Shown piece by piece: positions 61,740 to 64,000 of a DNA stretch of 64,000 nucleotides. The DNA lies in assembly GCF_016432865.1 (NCBI RefSeq), contig NC_067398.1:678094001-678158000 (forward strand). Reading direction: 5' to 3'. The translations under genes were made by a program, and so were the position numbers. The notes beneath the pieces are model-generated. The model saw nothing but the letters and a program-made list of their open reading frames with translations. It made no database searches and had not been told where the DNA came from. Numbering within the stretch: the first letter of the stretch is position 1; every line of letters starts with the position of its first letter. This DNA comes from Antechinus flavipes (lineage: Eukaryota).

Positions 61740-64000
61740 GATTCTCTGCTAGGAGCACAGTGGCAGGAAGGACCACAGCTCTAGCTGACATGACAGGGGA
61801 ATCGTCAGAGCCCACCAGCACTCCCATGACTGGCACCCTTATAAGAGATTCCACTTCAGGCACTGCATCAGAGACACTCACCATGGAGACAACTTCAGGT
61901 ATAGTATTAACTCATCCCTCCCTTCTCCCTGATGACTTTAGGTTTGAGACACATAGAAGAACCATACCCTCTCCCCCAGAAGCCTCAGCTCCACCTGACA
62001 CATCTTGTGAAGGCACCATGGGCATTGCTAATATCCCACTCTCCCTGACTCCAGTAGAACCCACCATCAGCTTAGAGTCCATTGCTCCCTCAAAAACCAG
62101 TTCAGGTGGGGAAATTTCTTATGCATTCCCTATAGACACAACTGTAGCAGAAACAGGTCATAGGGAATGTCCTGGCACCTACTTGACTTCATGGCCCATT
62201 CCAGTTGATTCTTTCTATACCACTGTTTCAGCCACAAGGACTGAAATCAGTCCCACTTTGCCTCTGTCCTCGACTCTTGCAGCTACAGAAATCATGCATG
62301 TGAACCAAACCACCCCGGAGAAGCGGGATGCTCAGACAGGAACAGAGCCAGGCTCAACTGCTCGACCCCCCCCTGCTCCCAGTATTATTCCAACATCTCC
62401 TGGAGGGGACCCTAGCGCTTTCTTGGTGTCTACAGAAGGAGCAACAGAAGGTCAAACTGTGTCCGGCGCCTTCCCAGAGAACACAGATGCCCCCGGGAGC
62501 ATCCACAGAGAACACATGCACTCCTCAAGCCCAGGAGTAACTCTGTGGCCTGATAGAGCTGCCACTGTTTCTCTGCCCAGTCTAACTGAAGGAAGCAGCT
62601 ACTCCAGAACTGTCCCCTCATCCTATTTGGGGAGCATGACAAGCATGGCCATATCTGGAGCCCAGACAAACCCAGCTAAATCTCCTACCCCAGGGCCCAC
62701 AGGGTCCACACCACCTGAGGAGGGCACTCCCTCTGTTGGAGGTCCCTCTGTGGTACCAGTGCCTGAATTCAGCACCACGGACAGCGGAAATTTAGAGAGT
62801 AGTTTGGCTTCTACCAGCACTCCAGTGTGGGAGACCAGCAGACCTGGCAGCACTGAAGCCTCAGACACCAGCACACTCAGCCCAGGGAAGTTTCATACTG
62901 CTGAGAGTACAACTAACCTCATATCCAGTCCTGTGGGAGGGCCCAGCCCAGAACCAGTTGTCTACACCACTCCACCCTACACACCAGGTACTTCAGAGAC
63001 CAGGCCTGAAGAAGAAACAGTTTCATCTTTGGTGATATCCACACCAGCACCTTCTGCTTCTCTCACCAGCATCTCTGGGATTCTGTCTAGAGCAAGCACA
63101 GGCACCCCGCAGCCCTTGACCTCCACAGAAGCCACAGCTCTCATTATCACTGGTGCAGATACCACTCCCATACAGCCAAAGACACGGTCTCCTTCACCTT
63201 CTGTAACCATATTAGGGGCTGAGGACAAGAACTCAGATGCCCCTGGGACTGAAGTCACAACTCCCATCCCCGACAGCAAGGTCACAGATATAGTCCCTCT
63301 TTCCTCTATCAGCTTTCTCCCTCCTGAGTTTCCAAGTAGAGTGGCAGAGAGCAGCAGTGATATCCCACTGGCAGCCACTTTACCTCCATCTCCCATATCC
63401 TCAACTACCACTGTTGACAGTGTACAAAGCAAATTGAGTACCCCTACTGATTCAATTCACCTGGGAGCCATGACTCATGGAGTCCCACAAAAAGACTTAG
63501 AAATTACCCCAGGTCTCTCTCTGGCTACTCTAGCTACAGAGGACACGGTTAGTTCTATCCCAACCAAGACAACCAAATACAGCTCTATGACTCATCCAGG
63601 GCTTAGCATGGGAGCTGAAGTAAGCTCAGCCCATCCTCCTAGTACCAGCGCAGGAGAAATCCAAGCAAGTTCTAAGACTCTGAGTTCCAGAGAGACCAGC
63701 TCAAGGGAATCGTTGGTGACCACCCACTCTGATGTTGGATCAGGTTCAAGCCTGTCTACTGTGACCAAAGCTGAACTATCCGAGACTCAAAGTCCGTTAA
63801 TCATCACCAAAGTTCCACAGGGGAGTGACACGGGCTCCCCATTGTCTCCTACTACAAGTGAGGTCTCTGGAGCAGGAACCACAATAGCTTCTATTCCAAA
63901 CCTAGGACGAGAGGATATCCAGGTTTCCATGGGCACCACCTTAGGCACAGAAGCCAACAGGACTTCCCTCACCTCGTCCCCCTCCTCAGAAAGCCCCAGG
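61740..64000 (+). CDS. Mucin large exon running off the window end (paralog of the 52301 exon)
   Basis: ttggtcacag|GA acceptor; manual translation FSARSTVAG...SSESPR is open for 753 codons; not in ORF track because no stop falls in the window. Confidence 0.85.

Larger units (their letters stand above)
1..64000 (+). other. Internal part of a giant multi-exon mucin gene (PTS domain only; MUC16-like N-terminal region), marsupial
   Basis: 27 frame-compatible S/T/P-rich exons with GT-AG (one GC-AG) boundaries. Long-period degenerate repeats with scattered Met/Trp/Glu resemble the MUC16 N-terminus. No SEA/TM/cysteine domain in the window, so the symbol is withheld. Confidence 0.85.

Noticed and set aside
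1-64000. Many 100-300 aa minus-strand and alternate-frame ORFs over the exons
   Set aside because: They are shadows of Ser/Thr/Pro codon bias, repeat with the array, have no independent splice logic and resemble no known domain
1-64000. Firm MUC16 gene symbol
   Set aside because: Only compositional and architectural resemblance; the diagnostic SEA/TM exons and synteny are outside the window

Overview
Eukaryotic DNA, almost certainly marsupial and probably dasyurid, judged by a WSINE1-like SINE, Mar1/MIR CORE-SINEs and a dasyurid-type L1 3' end. The whole window lies inside one giant, nearly Cys-free Ser/Thr/Pro mucin gene on the + strand. It resembles the N-terminal region of MUC16, but no SEA, EGF, TM or VWD domain is present to confirm identity. 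I reconstruct 27 apparently intact exons (about 33 kb coding, about 11,000 aa, open at both window edges). All 25 internal exons are symmetric phase 1-1 at their best-fitting sites; two have a damaged canonical donor. The gene is built from one repeated doublet: a small exon (usually exactly 114 nt) followed by a giant 1.7-4 kb PTS exon. A young, TE-free 7-unit tandem array of this doublet spans about 8.9-35 kb. It shows microhomology-bounded in-frame indels, a two-unit higher-order duplication, damaged donors in units 2 and 4, and a chimeric last unit. Older doublets from 36-64 kb show exon birth-and-death: dead large exons alternate with live ones while the small exons stay intact. Other points: a GC-AG donor, convergent acceptor relocation in two exons, conserved peptide islands with synonymous-biased change, and a MIR-derived 55-bp minisatellite. 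All exon calls come from manual splice-site and frame analysis, with no transcript evidence.
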